Source: a virus (lineage: Duplodnaviria; Caudoviricetes). From it: a stretch of DNA of 54,393 bases. Where the stretch lies: the IMG/VR virus record IMGVR_UViG_3300015050_000873, positions 1 to 54,393 of that record. The stretch is one strand, 5' to 3'. Below are positions 8,534 through 17,691 of the stretch, one piece after another. Position numbers and translations under genes: made by a program. How positions within the stretch are numbered: the first letter of the stretch is position 1; each line of letters opens with the position of its first letter. The notes under the pieces are model-generated. The model saw only the letters and a program-made list of their open reading frames with translations. It did no database searches and had not been told where the DNA came from.

Positions 8534-9105
8534 GATTGCTCCCTCGGTGGTTGTGGGGTGGTGGTGAGGTCTGGGTAAGCGCGCTTTTCGTAGCGTTCGA
8601 TGGCGCCAGCCAGTTGCTGCAACTCCATGCCCTCCAGCGAGTCAGCTTCTGGATTCGCGGCGATCAGGGCCTCAACGCGCGCCAACGCGGTCTTGTGTTG
8701 TTCGGGCGTCATCAACGGTTCGGCGATCAAGTCGTCATCACCCTCAACCATATGACCGCCAGCCAGCACGGTGCGCGCAACTCCGCCATCCTCAATCATT
8801 CCGCTTTCAGGCCCGCAGAGCCACTCTTGAGGCTCGCCTGAGACCGTGTCCCAGTCGTCATCCAGCACAAAGTGATTACCCTCGGCGTACCACTTCAGGC
8901 CAGCTTTCAGCCTCTCTATCTCGGCTTCCTTGCTTGCAAGGGTCTGGGCGGCGTATTCGCAGGCGTAGGCGATAAGCACAGTCTCTGAGTACCCGCGTGT
9001 CGTGCCATGGTCGCCAAGGCCGTAGTCCCAGTGCGTGTGCTGGTCAGGCTCTGGAATCGGTGGCATGGGCGGAAGGCCCTCAATTTTCCGTATCGCGTCC
9101 ATCAC
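8530..9105 (-). CDS. Hypothetical protein with C-terminal segment resembling a HigA-antitoxin N-terminus
   Basis: EQHKTALARVEALI..P..DS.EG.EL..L...IE.YE pattern. Confidence 0.65.
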   Translation of the reverse strand: MMDAIRKIEGLPPMPPIPEPDQHTHWDYGLGDHGTTRGYSETVLIAYACEYAAQTLASKEAEIERLKAGLKWYAEGNHFVLDDDWDTVSGEPQEWLCGPESGMIEDGGVARTVLAGGHMVEGDDDLIAEPLMTPEQHKTALARVEALIAANPEADSLEGMELQQLAGAIERYEKRAYPDLTTTPQPPREQS

Positions 9106-9116
9106 TATCTCCCTGG

Positions 9117-9734
9117 TTAATTCAAGATTTCCAGAAGCGCTTCGCCGCGCGCCTGGTTCAGCTCGGCCATCTTTGCCGGGTCGCCGCCGCGGTCTGGGTG
9201 GTGCGCGCCGGCAAGCCTTCGGTAGATCGCACTCAGGTCTTCACGGGTTCGCACGCCAGTTCCGAACACATCGCGCCAGTGGCGTTTCCCCGTCGAGGTG
9301 GGGCCAGATGGTGGCGGCAGCGCCGTAAAGCCCGTGAAGGCCGCCTCCAGCATGTCCCCGGTGCCCCAGCGAGCGATGCCGCGCAGGGCCTCGATGGTCT
9401 TGGCGATGGCCTGCATGTTGTGCTCGATCTTGTGCCAGCGGTCGCAGGCAAAAGACATCTGTCGCTTCTTGTAGGTGAAATACACAGCGACACCCGGATC
9501 CTCTGGCGCCTTTTGACCGGCCAGCGGCAGGCCGTCGCGGCGCAACGCGATGTTCGTGCTGATCACGGTCGCAGGGTCCGGGGCCCACCGTCCGCCGGCG
9601 AGCATCTGCACTTCCTTGACGATGTTGTCTCGGGACCGCGCAAATGTGACATCGAACTTCGCGTGTTCACGGCTCCAGCGGTCGGTGCGTTTGCGACCGG
9701 CTGGCCATTGCAGGGGGTAGGCTTGTTCAGTCAT
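9117..9734 (-). CDS. J-domain (DnaJ-like) protein
   Basis: YPLQWP N-terminus; C-terminal YRRLAGAHHPDRGG..MAELNQA. Confidence 0.85.
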   Translation of the reverse strand: MTEQAYPLQWPAGRKRTDRWSREHAKFDVTFARSRDNIVKEVQMLAGGRWAPDPATVISTNIALRRDGLPLAGQKAPEDPGVAVYFTYKKRQMSFACDRWHKIEHNMQAIAKTIEALRGIARWGTGDMLEAAFTGFTALPPPSGPTSTGKRHWRDVFGTGVRTREDLSAIYRRLAGAHHPDRGGDPAKMAELNQARGEALLEILN

Positions 9735-10192
9735 GCTGCTGCTCTTTCTTGTTTCATCTGGCTCAGCATCCGCCGCGCAGCTTCTTCCAGCGCTGCCACC
9801 ATCTGGTAAGGCGTGGACTTGCGCAGGATTTGCTCGTACAGGTCCAAGGCATCGGCCACCAGCACCAGGTCGGGCCCTGTGAATCCGTAGCGGTGGTGCC
9901 GCTGCCAGATGCCGTCGCAGCGCACCAGGGCCTCGGAGCCGGCCTGCATAACCTCAACAGCCCGAAAGTCGATCTGCTCGGCGCGGATCAAGCCCACATT
10001 GAAGGCGCCGGCTAGGCGGTCAAACTGGGCGCTGTCGGTGGTGCCGGATTTCAGCAGCTCGAACGCCATGCGAACCCGGGCCATGATGGTGTCGGCGTTG
10101 TGTTCGGGCTGCTCGCGGTTGCCGACGATGGTTTCAAGCCATTTGGTCGGGGCGTGCTTGGCGCGGGACTGGATGCGTTGTGCGGTGTTCAT
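9731..10192 (-). CDS. Hypothetical protein (paralog of 27522-27917)
   Basis: Overlap-coupled ORF; similarity visible by eye. Confidence 0.75.
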   Translation of the reverse strand: MNTAQRIQSRAKHAPTKWLETIVGNREQPEHNADTIMARVRMAFELLKSGTTDSAQFDRLAGAFNVGLIRAEQIDFRAVEVMQAGSEALVRCDGIWQRHHRYGFTGPDLVLVADALDLYEQILRKSTPYQMVAALEEAARRMLSQMKQERAAA

Positions 10193-11814
10193 GCTGCTTT
10201 CCTCAGTGCGTTGATGGTGGAAAAGATGCCTGCTCGCCGAGCAAGAACGACAGTTGCGTATGCAGCTTGGAGCGGTACAACACCATTTCCGACTTGACGG
10301 AGCTGGTGATTCCGGGATTCGTCCACCAGAAGGGCCACCCCATCAGCCAGCATGCGAACGCCGGGTTTAGTCGCAGGCGCCCAAGGACATGCTCCGGCCT
10401 CGTCGTCGGTGACAGCTCTTTGCCATGCACCAAGACGACCGGCATTGAGGAGCCCTCGCCAGATGGGGTCGGATGGACCAGGGGCGAAAAGTGGTGCTCC
10501 ACAAAGTTGTTCAGCTGCTCGCCCTTCGATTCGCCGCCCCGTTCCTGGTAGGACTGAGTGTTCGGACTGCGGTAGTCCCGGCTGGCCGGTGTTGGCCAGG
10601 CCAACACCGGCAGGATCGAGCCCTTCGCCTTCGCAATTGGGGCATCCGTAGCGTCCGAGGTGTTCGGGGAATTCATATCCGCAGAATTCACACGGAACTG
10701 AGCCGCTGCACTGGGAAGCATCAGATCGCCCTTGCTCCCCGCCTGATTCGGCCCACCCTTCGTGCCGTCCGTCGCCCGAGGCGTGGGCCAGGACGCTGCC
10801 TGCGAATTCAGATCGATGGAGTAGCCCTCGCGCAGCTTGCGTTGGTAGTTCGGGCTGTCCGGGCTGTCCGGGCTGTCCGGGCTGCGATAGTCCCTTGCCT
10901 GCGGAGTTCCCCAGTGCTTCGTCTGCGACTCCAGGCCCACCGTCTTTTTCTCCCCGTCCTCGGTCATCCCCTTGGATGCAACCAATTCCGCTGACACACT
11001 CCGGCCCCCGTTCGGCACGTTCGGCACGTTCGGCGTGAGCCACTGGCTGGCCTGCTCGCGGATGTTCTGTCCAATGTGACCGTTGCTGTAGGTGGACGTG
11101 TTGCAGTCCGGTGTGGCCCACGCCGTCTGAACCTTTACTTGCAGGCTTGTGATCGTGCTGCGTGGCCCGCCCTTCATCCTGGCCTTCATCGCCATGTGCG
11201 CCTCCGGCGATTTGTTGTCGTCGTTGGCCACCGGCGTCGGCCACGCGCCAGGCGATGCAGAACCACCTGTTTCGCTCGTGATTCGCTCCAACATCGGACG
11301 CGGGAAGAGTGACCCATTCCGCATTCCACCCGCGGTCGGCCAGTTCTCCCAGGACGCGGGCGGCCGCTCGTTCTTCGAGGTCGCCTTCGGCTTCGTCCAC
11401 AACGGAGGCGGTGGCAGAAGCGATGCCTGAGACGTTCTCCAAAACGAGGAGCCACGCACCGCAAGCGTCGGCAATGTCGAGGACGGTGAAGAACAGGCCG
11501 GAACGCTTGCCGTTAAGCCCGGCACGTCGGCCGGCGATGCTGAGGTCCTGGCAAGGGAATCCGGCAACGATGCAATCCACGCGGCCGCGCCATGCTCCAG
11601 CGTCGAAGGTGAGCATGTCAGACCAGATAGCCGCCGGAGCAAGGGCTCCCGCTTCCATAAGCGCGACAAGCTGGGCGGCAGCAGGGGCTTCCCGCTCCAC
11701 GTAGCAAACGGTTCGGGCATCGACTCCCAGATACTCAAATCCGGCGCTGACGCCTTCTCCGAGCATGCCGACGCCGGCGCACAGTTCAATGGTGTTGAGG
11801 GAAGGTAAAGCCAC
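10189..11814 (-). CDS. C5-cytosine DNA methyltransferase, alpha polypeptide
   Basis: Motifs I (IELCAGVG), IV (GFPCQDLS), VI (LENV), VIII (HERNRWF), X (QLRQVGNGV); probable GTG start at 11814. Confidence 0.88.
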   Translation of the reverse strand: MALPSLNTIELCAGVGMLGEGVSAGFEYLGVDARTVCYVEREAPAAAQLVALMEAGALAPAAIWSDMLTFDAGAWRGRVDCIVAGFPCQDLSIAGRRAGLNGKRSGLFFTVLDIADACGAWLLVLENVSGIASATASVVDEAEGDLEERAAARVLGELADRGWNAEWVTLPASDVGANHERNRWFCIAWRVADAGGQRRQQIAGGAHGDEGQDEGRATQHDHKPASKGSDGVGHTGLQHVHLQQRSHWTEHPRAGQPVAHAERAERAERGPECVSGIGCIQGDDRGRGEKDGGPGVADEALGNSAGKGLSQPGQPGQPGQPELPTQAARGLLHRSEFAGSVLAHASGDGRHEGWAESGGEQGRSDASQCSGSVPCEFCGYEFPEHLGRYGCPNCEGEGLDPAGVGLANTGQPGLPQSEHSVLPGTGRRIEGRAAEQLCGAPLFAPGPSDPIWRGLLNAGRLGAWQRAVTDDEAGACPWAPATKPGVRMLADGVALLVDESRNHQLRQVGNGVVPLQAAYATVVLARRAGIFSTINALRKAA

Positions 11815-11816
11815 AT
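10203..11816 (-). CDS. Alternative-frame methyltransferase beta polypeptide (WPTP repeats plus motif IX-like segment)
   Basis: 537-aa open frame overlapping alpha; six W.TP repeats, C-terminal RLNPAFACWLMGWP. Confidence 0.7.
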   Translation of the reverse strand: MWLYLPSTPLNCAPASACSEKASAPDLSIWESMPEPFATWSGKPLLPPSLSRLWKREPLLRRLSGLTCSPSTLEHGAAAWIASLPDSLARTSASPADVPGLTASVPACSSPSSTLPTLAVRGSSFWRTSQASLLPPPPLWTKPKATSKNERPPASWENWPTAGGMRNGSLFPRPMLERITSETGGSASPGAWPTPVANDDNKSPEAHMAMKARMKGGPRSTITSLQVKVQTAWATPDCNTSTYSNGHIGQNIREQASQWLTPNVPNVPNGGRSVSAELVASKGMTEDGEKKTVGLESQTKHWGTPQARDYRSPDSPDSPDSPNYQRKLREGYSIDLNSQAASWPTPRATDGTKGGPNQAGSKGDLMLPSAAAQFRVNSADMNSPNTSDATDAPIAKAKGSILPVLAWPTPASRDYRSPNTQSYQERGGESKGEQLNNFVEHHFSPLVHPTPSGEGSSMPVVLVHGKELSPTTRPEHVLGRLRLNPAFACWLMGWPFWWTNPGITSSVKSEMVLYRSKLHTQLSFLLGEQASFPPSTH

Positions 11817-11880
11817 AGGTCACTTTTGTTGTCCAGTGCGCGCCCACTCTATGGCCGCGTCTATCAGTTTGTGGGGTGGG

Positions 11881-12201
11881 TCAGGCGGCAACCGGTGCCG
11901 AGGTTTCTTTCGCGCCTTCGACGGGTGCCGGCGGCGGGAACTTCAGGAACGACAGGCCCTGGATGTGCTCGCCGAAGTGCTTGCCCAGGGATTCAGCCGC
12001 CATGAAATCCGCATGCCACTGCGGGTCAATATTTGGGTAGTGGTAAACCGCACCCACGCCGCGCGTGAAGGTGACGGCCAGGGTCTTGCGCTCCAGGCTG
12101 TACCCGACAGCGGCAATTTGATTGCTTTTCACGGGTGTCATGGGGATGGCGACATACGGCTCTTTGGTGTAGTCGGCTGGTGCAACGTAGGGCTTGGGCA
12201 T
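11881..12201 (-). CDS. KTSC-domain protein
   Basis: PVKSNQIAAVGY..ERKTLAVTF...VYHY...FMAAESLGKHF. Confidence 0.85.
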   Translation of the reverse strand: MPKPYVAPADYTKEPYVAIPMTPVKSNQIAAVGYSLERKTLAVTFTRGVGAVYHYPNIDPQWHADFMAAESLGKHFGEHIQGLSFLKFPPPAPVEGAKETSAPVAA

Positions 12202-12293
12202 GAAAATCTCCGGTTGGTTGAGGAAAGAAAAAAGGGCACGCCGGGGCAATGGATGGGGGAGGGAGGTGCACCCCGGCGTGTAGCCCGGAAAAC

Positions 12294-13127
12294 TTAGGCG
12301 GCGCGAGCCGAAAGGCCACGCTCAGCAACGGCGACAACGCCGGGATACAGCGGCCCGGCCTTCTTGAACGCACGCGCCTGGGCGCCCAGAAACTTGGTGT
12401 TTGCCTCGATGCACTCCAGCGGCGCCTTGCCTTCTGCCACGGCCTTGACCAGCGTCAGGAGGTCTGCCACTTCTGCGCCGTAGGTCACACGGCCAGACAC
12501 CCCGGAAACCTTCTGTGGTGCGGCGGCTGCAATCGGCATGCTGATGACTTCTGCGGTGGTGGCGGTGCTGTGCGCTTCGGCAGCAGCAGCTTCGGCGGCG
12601 GCGGTCTGGCGGCGAGCCTCTTCCTCGGCGGCGGCTTGCGCTTCCTTGTTCCCGGCAGCAGCAGCCCCGGCGGCGGCGCGCGTTGCGGCTTCGGCAGCTT
12701 CGGCAGCGGCACGGGCCTGGCGCTCCTGCTCGGCCTGCTCGGCAGCCAGGCGAGCGCGTTCAGCAGCAGCAGCGGCTTCCGCAACACGGCGCTGCTCGGC
12801 GGCGATCCGTTCCTGCTCGGACGTGTAGGTAATCATCGCGCCCTTGATGGTGCGTTCCGCCTGGTCCAGATAATCGGCCGGTGCCTTGAACAGTGCATTG
12901 ATCGCCTTGACGGCCTGGTTCAGCGGGCCGGTGATGCCAGTGCGCTTTTCCTCGACGGACTTTTGCAGGCCTTTGATCTTGCGGAGGTCTTCGCCCGCGA
13001 TTTCCAGCATGCTCGGGCTGTCGATCACAAATTCCTTGGCGTTGGCCAGGGCGGATTGCGCTTCGCCAGCAAGCACGATGGCAACGGATGCGTCATAGGC
13101 CACTTGGCCTTGTGTGGATTCAGTCAT
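12294..13127 (-). CDS. Coiled-coil protein of the recombination module
   Basis: GGAG SD; long Ala/Glu helix; adjacent to nuclease and recombinase. Confidence 0.75.
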   Translation of the reverse strand: MTESTQGQVAYDASVAIVLAGEAQSALANAKEFVIDSPSMLEIAGEDLRKIKGLQKSVEEKRTGITGPLNQAVKAINALFKAPADYLDQAERTIKGAMITYTSEQERIAAEQRRVAEAAAAAERARLAAEQAEQERQARAAAEAAEAATRAAAGAAAAGNKEAQAAAEEEARRQTAAAEAAAAEAHSTATTAEVISMPIAAAAPQKVSGVSGRVTYGAEVADLLTLVKAVAEGKAPLECIEANTKFLGAQARAFKKAGPLYPGVVAVAERGLSARAA

Positions 13128-13740
13128 GAGAGTTCTCCAGGGTTAAAAATTTCGGGGTGATGTTGTTCGCCGCGCACCAGCTGCGCAAAGTGACGAGAGA
13201 GGCAAAAAGAGGCCAGTCCAATGGGCTGGTGTACGGCTTGGCGGTGTAGGTGCCATCGGGCTTGAGCTGCACAGCCAGCCGTTTTGTCAGCAGCGGTGCA
13301 CCGGGAATTGCCTTTTGGTAGGCGGCAAGTTGCGGACCAACTGACGGATAGAGCTGCGCCGTGCTCTTGATGTCAACAACCGTGGGCTCATCCTTGACCA
13401 GTCCGTAACGGTCCAGCTTGCCGGCATAGCGCAGAGCTGGGTGATAAACCAGATCCTCGATCAGTTCCCACTTGACGGCATGGTCAGCGCTGAACTTGCG
13501 CCAGCCCTGCACGTATGGCAACAAGGCCGGGTCCAGCGCGTCTGTGTCCAGGTCGTTCAAGTCGTCCAGTTCGCACGCCAGATGCACAGCCGTCCCGAAC
13601 GCTGCGGCGGCTTTAAGTACATCCGGCCTCACAAAGTCGAAGTTGCACAGCGGCGCCAGGATGCTGGTGACGCCGGGCACCTTTTGGCCGTCCAGCCAGT
13701 AGGTGTGCGTGGCCTCGTCCAGAACGGGTTTCTTGATCAC
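13120..13740 (-). CDS. PD-(D/E)XK (Cas4-like) nuclease
   Basis: PGVTSIL, GTAVH, YAGKLD, VDIKS, QLAAY; GTG overlaps recombinase stop. Confidence 0.8.
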   Translation of the reverse strand: MIKKPVLDEATHTYWLDGQKVPGVTSILAPLCNFDFVRPDVLKAAAAFGTAVHLACELDDLNDLDTDALDPALLPYVQGWRKFSADHAVKWELIEDLVYHPALRYAGKLDRYGLVKDEPTVVDIKSTAQLYPSVGPQLAAYQKAIPGAPLLTKRLAVQLKPDGTYTAKPYTSPLDWPLFASLVTLRSWCAANNITPKFLTLENSHD

Positions 13741-14660
13741 TTGTAGGTGTCCCGCATGGCGATGAAGCCGTCTTTGGTCAGGCCTTCCAGCGTTTCCCCT
13801 GCATCCAGACCGCATGCTTCACGCGCCTGGGCTGGCGTCACGCCGTGGGCTGTCAGCTTGCGCGAGATATAGGCGATCTCGCCGGCTGTTGCGGCGGTGG
13901 CATCTACGGCCCTTGGTGGCGCTGTAGTGCCAGCTTCGCCCTCGCCCTTGACGACAGCATCGGAGACTTCGCCTGCGGGCGCTGCGGCCTTGGCTGCGCT
14001 CTTTGACTGAGGCGCTGCGACTGTCGGTTTCTTGGCAGTGATTACCTCGCCGGTTTCACCATCGATCTCGTCAAACTTCCCTTCCATTTCGTCGGCGGTG
14101 GGCTGTGAGCCCGTCATTTCCGGGAAAGCCATGCGCAAGGCTTGGGCCTGAGCGCACTTGGCGATCTGCCCACGCGGGCGTTTTTTCCACATTGCATTTG
14201 GCGCGGTGGAGTCTTTCCCGGCCGTCGCGTAGTTTTCAATCCAATACTCGCGGGCGGTGAACTCACGCTCGACGGAGCCAACCAGGCGCTTGACAGTCAC
14301 CCGGCACCACTCTGGAGCCGTGAACTCAAACTCATCAAATTTGAATATCTTGTCGGGGCCGAATTCAGGTTCCGTGATGCCTGCCAGTTCCCCGCTACGC
14401 GCCGCCTGGGTGCGATACAAGCCAATCCCCGGCATGATGACGTCGCGCATTTCCTTGGCAACCTTGTCCCACATGGGCACGATGTGCACCGGCTTCTGCA
14501 TGGGGTCAAGCCCAGACGCCTTGCAGTAACCGAGAACCATCTTGATCGACTGGTCTTTGGCGCCCGGGTAAAGGGAAGTGCGCAAGACGGCCAGAATTTC
14601 CGTTTCCTCCATTTGCAGGGCAGGCGGCGTGTCAGCGCGAAGGGTTGCAATATTGCTCAT
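13737..14660 (-). CDS. bet: Red-beta/RecT single-strand annealing protein
   Basis: YCKASGLDPMQKPVHIVPM, GIGLYR, MWKKRPRGQIAKCAQAQALRMAFP. Confidence 0.9.
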   Translation of the reverse strand: MSNIATLRADTPPALQMEETEILAVLRTSLYPGAKDQSIKMVLGYCKASGLDPMQKPVHIVPMWDKVAKEMRDVIMPGIGLYRTQAARSGELAGITEPEFGPDKIFKFDEFEFTAPEWCRVTVKRLVGSVEREFTAREYWIENYATAGKDSTAPNAMWKKRPRGQIAKCAQAQALRMAFPEMTGSQPTADEMEGKFDEIDGETGEVITAKKPTVAAPQSKSAAKAAAPAGEVSDAVVKGEGEAGTTAPPRAVDATAATAGEIAYISRKLTAHGVTPAQAREACGLDAGETLEGLTKDGFIAMRDTYK

Positions 14661-14678
14661 GTTGTCCTCTGTTGTTGA

Positions 14679-14972
14679 TCAAAAAAGTTTGAGAAGGCGG
14701 GCAAGGCCGTACAAGCCGTACCCGAGACCAGCGGCAATCCCGGTCAGCACGCAGGCCCACCAGAAGCCCAGCCGGTCTACCCATGCCCAAGGCAGGTTTT
14801 CCTCGGGCTCGGTCGGCGTCGGCAGCTCGTCGACATGCACCCGGCGCAGCGGGTAATTCATCGCGCTGTCCAGCGCTGCAGAATTGAATAAGTGGCGCTC
14901 CACATCGGGGTCGTTCTGGCACTCGCTGGTTGGCTGGCCGTCGAATTGGCGGTTTTTGATGGTGTGGTTCAC
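14679..14972 (-). CDS. Hypothetical membrane protein
   Basis: C-terminal TM. Confidence 0.6.
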   Translation of the reverse strand: MNHTIKNRQFDGQPTSECQNDPDVERHLFNSAALDSAMNYPLRRVHVDELPTPTEPEENLPWAWVDRLGFWWACVLTGIAAGLGYGLYGLARLLKLF

Positions 14973-15250
14973 AGCTGCACCACTGCTTTCCCCGGGCCCC
15001 GCCGTGCTCGGCAGACCAGGCGGCCGTCAGCAGTCCAGATGGCAACGCTTTCACCGTGGGCTTCACGGCACAGAGCCTGGGCAGCTGCTTCGCGGCGGGC
15101 GGTGCCGGCTTCGCTGTCCTGCAGGGCCTTGAGGTTTTCGTACTCAGTGGCCTCGTGGCTGTGGTCGGGGATGTCGTCCATGCAGGCTGGCAGGACGGTC
15201 AGCAGCAGGAGAATGGCGACGGTGCCGATGGTGGTTTTGAGGGTGTTCAT
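14969..15250 (-). CDS. Putative lipoprotein
   Basis: Signal peptide ending LPAC. Confidence 0.65.
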   Translation of the reverse strand: MNTLKTTIGTVAILLLLTVLPACMDDIPDHSHEATEYENLKALQDSEAGTARREAAAQALCREAHGESVAIWTADGRLVCRARRGPGKAVVQL

Positions 15251-15630
15251 TTCTTCTTGCCCTTTGCACGACCAACAGCCCGCGACATCTCGACGAATGC
15301 CTCTGGGCTTTCAACGACGAGGGCAACAAGTGCTTCAGCGTTTTGGCGCTTGTCCTTTGGCCAGCCAGCGGGGTATGTCCTTTCGAGCACCGGCGGTGGC
15401 GCATTCGGGCTCAGTTCGCCTGTGAACAGCCATTGCAAGTCAGCGTTCAAAGCTTTGGCCAAAGGCTCTAGCTCCATCTGTGAGGGCTTAAATTGGTCCC
15501 GCTCCAGATAGGAGAGGAAGGCCTGACTAACCCCGCTCAGCCGAGCGAGAGTGGCTTGGGTCATTCGAGCCGCCAGCCGCAATTGCTTCAATCGCGCGCC
15601 TGGACTTGGAAGTGGAATGGCTGTCATCAC
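15247..15630 (-). CDS. XRE-family HTH protein
   Basis: RLKQLR..MTQATLARLSGVSQAFLSYLE. Confidence 0.85.
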   Translation of the reverse strand: MMTAIPLPSPGARLKQLRLAARMTQATLARLSGVSQAFLSYLERDQFKPSQMELEPLAKALNADLQWLFTGELSPNAPPPVLERTYPAGWPKDKRQNAEALVALVVESPEAFVEMSRAVGRAKGKKK

Positions 15631-16217
15631 GCCCTCGCTTTCAGCATCGCATCAGCCATTTCATAGGCTTGCTCAGCCCAGAACTTGTATGCGCTCGGGC
15701 CTTCCGTGCTGGGAAACTCGGCGGCAACCATGCCCTGCATTGCTGCCATGGCAAATTGGTCGCGTCGCTCGGTTGTGTCGGCGTCTGAGGCCAGGGCCGC
15801 CGGCTGTGTTTTGTTCTGACGGCGCCACAGCGCAGCTAACACACGATCCTCGATTTTTTGCGACAACACCTCGGGCCAGCCACGAATCGCTTGGGGTTTG
15901 ACGCCAATCTCCTGTGCGGCTGCAGTCTGTGATCCACCTAGCAATTTGATGGCGTTGCTCTTCGTCATCTGGCGCGGGCCGCTATCTGGGGCCGCATGGT
16001 CGAAGGGTGAGCCTTCGCCTGTGGCGAGCCATACAGCGTTGCAACCGATAGCCCGCGCCATCTGAATCAGCTTCGTGCTGGTTTTGATTGCATCCGTCTC
16101 GAGCTTGGATATGTCGCCTTGACGAATATTTGCAGAATGGGCCAAGTCTTCCTGCGTCATGCCTGCCTTGGAGCGAGCGTATTTCAGGCGCTCACCAATT
16201 GTTTGAGTCTTGCTCAT
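15627..16217 (-). CDS. XRE HTH plus Cro-like HTH fusion protein
   Basis: RLKYAR..MTQEDLA; MTKSNAIKLLGGSQTAAAQEIGVKPQAIRGW; C-terminal RDQFAMAAMQGM...AYEMADAML. Confidence 0.8.
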   Translation of the reverse strand: MSKTQTIGERLKYARSKAGMTQEDLAHSANIRQGDISKLETDAIKTSTKLIQMARAIGCNAVWLATGEGSPFDHAAPDSGPRQMTKSNAIKLLGGSQTAAAQEIGVKPQAIRGWPEVLSQKIEDRVLAALWRRQNKTQPAALASDADTTERRDQFAMAAMQGMVAAEFPSTEGPSAYKFWAEQAYEMADAMLKARA

Positions 16218-16618
16218 GCTGGTTCTCCTGCTTCAAGTGACTCGGCATCACCAACAGCACCAACGGCTTGAGCCTCGGCCTGCAGGGATGGGTTGAGAAC
16301 GAGCGGCGGCGCTGGTGGGAAGCCCTGCGCGGCGGCAATCTGGCTGGCCGACATCACCACGGCGGGAGACGCGGCTTTCATGCCCCAGGCCTTGCGCAGC
16401 GCAGCTGTATCGCATGCCATGGAATTGAGGTTCAGCGACTCGCTGCGGCCCATGCACAGCGGCAGGCCGTCGAAGTCCCATTCGATGAATCCGGCGGAAA
16501 TTGGCGTGAACGACGTTGCCGCTGCCAGCAGGACGTGCTGCTTTTGGCCCATCAAAGAGGGGCAGGTGGAAAAGCCTGCATCGGTGCGGACGTATTTGAG
16601 TTGGGCGCGGTCGGTCAT
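16214..16618 (-). CDS. Hypothetical protein
   Basis: Overlap-coupled; PISAGF...GRSESLNL. Confidence 0.65.
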   Translation of the reverse strand: MTDRAQLKYVRTDAGFSTCPSLMGQKQHVLLAAATSFTPISAGFIEWDFDGLPLCMGRSESLNLNSMACDTAALRKAWGMKAASPAVVMSASQIAAAQGFPPAPPLVLNPSLQAEAQAVGAVGDAESLEAGEPA

Positions 16619-16788
16619 GGCCGGCACTCCGTAGCCTTGGCGTCAGCGAGCACTGCGCATGCGCTTCGATGACTACTGATGCCACCGTTGCCGCGGCAAA
16701 CCTTGCCGCAGATGCAGGTCCAGACGCGGGAAGCGTGTTTTTTGGCAGATGCGCGGCGAGCGGCGCTGATCATGTTGGGGCCGCTCAT
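16615..16788 (-). CDS. 57-aa zinc-finger-like protein
   Basis: ATGA overlaps at both ends; WTCICGKVCRGNGGISSHRSAC. Confidence 0.6.
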   Translation of the reverse strand: MSGPNMISAARRASAKKHASRVWTCICGKVCRGNGGISSHRSACAVLADAKATECRP

Positions 16789-17111
16789 GACGTGGCTCCG
16801 GTTTGGAGACTTTTGATCAAGGCATCGTGGTCAGCGCGACTGCGGATTACCGGGTCGTTCAGCGCGAACGCTTTTTTGGCCGCATCCTGGCGCCGCATGA
16901 TCATCGGCAGTTCACTGCGGATCGTGTCGAACAGCGAGCGCAGGCCGGCCTCGTGAGGTTGCATGTAATGCTTGCCCATGTGCTCGTAAAACACCTTCAA
17001 GAAACTGTCAGTTCCATAGCCAGCCAAGGCATCGAGCGCGCGGACTTCGGCCTCGTTGAGCTTTAGGCTCACGTCCAGTTGAAGCCGTGGGAGTTGCGTC
17101 AGGCGGCTCAT
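16785..17111 (-). CDS. Hypothetical protein
   Basis: LNEAEVRALDALAGYGTDSFLKVFY. Confidence 0.7.
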   Translation of the reverse strand: MSRLTQLPRLQLDVSLKLNEAEVRALDALAGYGTDSFLKVFYEHMGKHYMQPHEAGLRSLFDTIRSELPMIMRRQDAAKKAFALNDPVIRSRADHDALIKSLQTGATS

Positions 17112-17452
17112 GCTGCACCGCCTTCAGCTTTGATTTGCCACACCGGTGCGGTGACATACCCGCTTTCAGCACGCGGCAGGTCGTCGCGTGCGACAAACAG
17201 GCCACTGGCCAGGGCATCGCCCGTGAAGGTTTCGTTGCCGCCCCAGTCCTTGACGTAGAAGCAGTCCTTCGGGAGGTCCCTGGAATCGCGTGAGCATTCC
17301 GGGCGGTACATGTTGACGCTCAGCGTGCCCAGCGGCTCGCCCGTGTCGGTGGTCAGCGTGATGGCGCAGGGGCCGGTTTTGCTGCCGTAGGTGGCGCGGT
17401 GCACATCCACCTTGCCCCAGCGTTTGCTTTGGAAGCTGCCGATGGTTTTCAT
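17108..17452 (-). CDS. DUF4313-like hypothetical protein
   Basis: GEPLGTLSVN...FYVKDW..NE...ESGYV; GGGAG SD before ATG 17452. Confidence 0.65.
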   Translation of the reverse strand: MKTIGSFQSKRWGKVDVHRATYGSKTGPCAITLTTDTGEPLGTLSVNMYRPECSRDSRDLPKDCFYVKDWGGNETFTGDALASGLFVARDDLPRAESGYVTAPVWQIKAEGGAA

Positions 17453-17691
17453 GTGGTGCTCCCAGTAGCCTTGGCGGGATGGCCGATGCGCAACGTGCTG
17501 ATGCGCTCGACGCAGCTGGTTCCGCCCATCAGCAGGCGAAGGCGTGCCGCCTCTTTGTCTGCCGCTTCCTTTGTGGGCCAATGGTTTGTTACGCGACCGC
17601 TGGCATTTCCGCAGCGGCAGCGCCACGTTTCGCCGTCCTCGCCAGTCATGACGACTGCAACAGACCCCGGCGCGTGCTGCGCGGCGCTCAT
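17449..17691 (-). CDS. Hypothetical protein
   Basis: Overlap-coupled ORF. Confidence 0.5.
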   Translation of the reverse strand: MSAAQHAPGSVAVVMTGEDGETWRCRCGNASGRVTNHWPTKEAADKEAARLRLLMGGTSCVERISTLRIGHPAKATGSTT

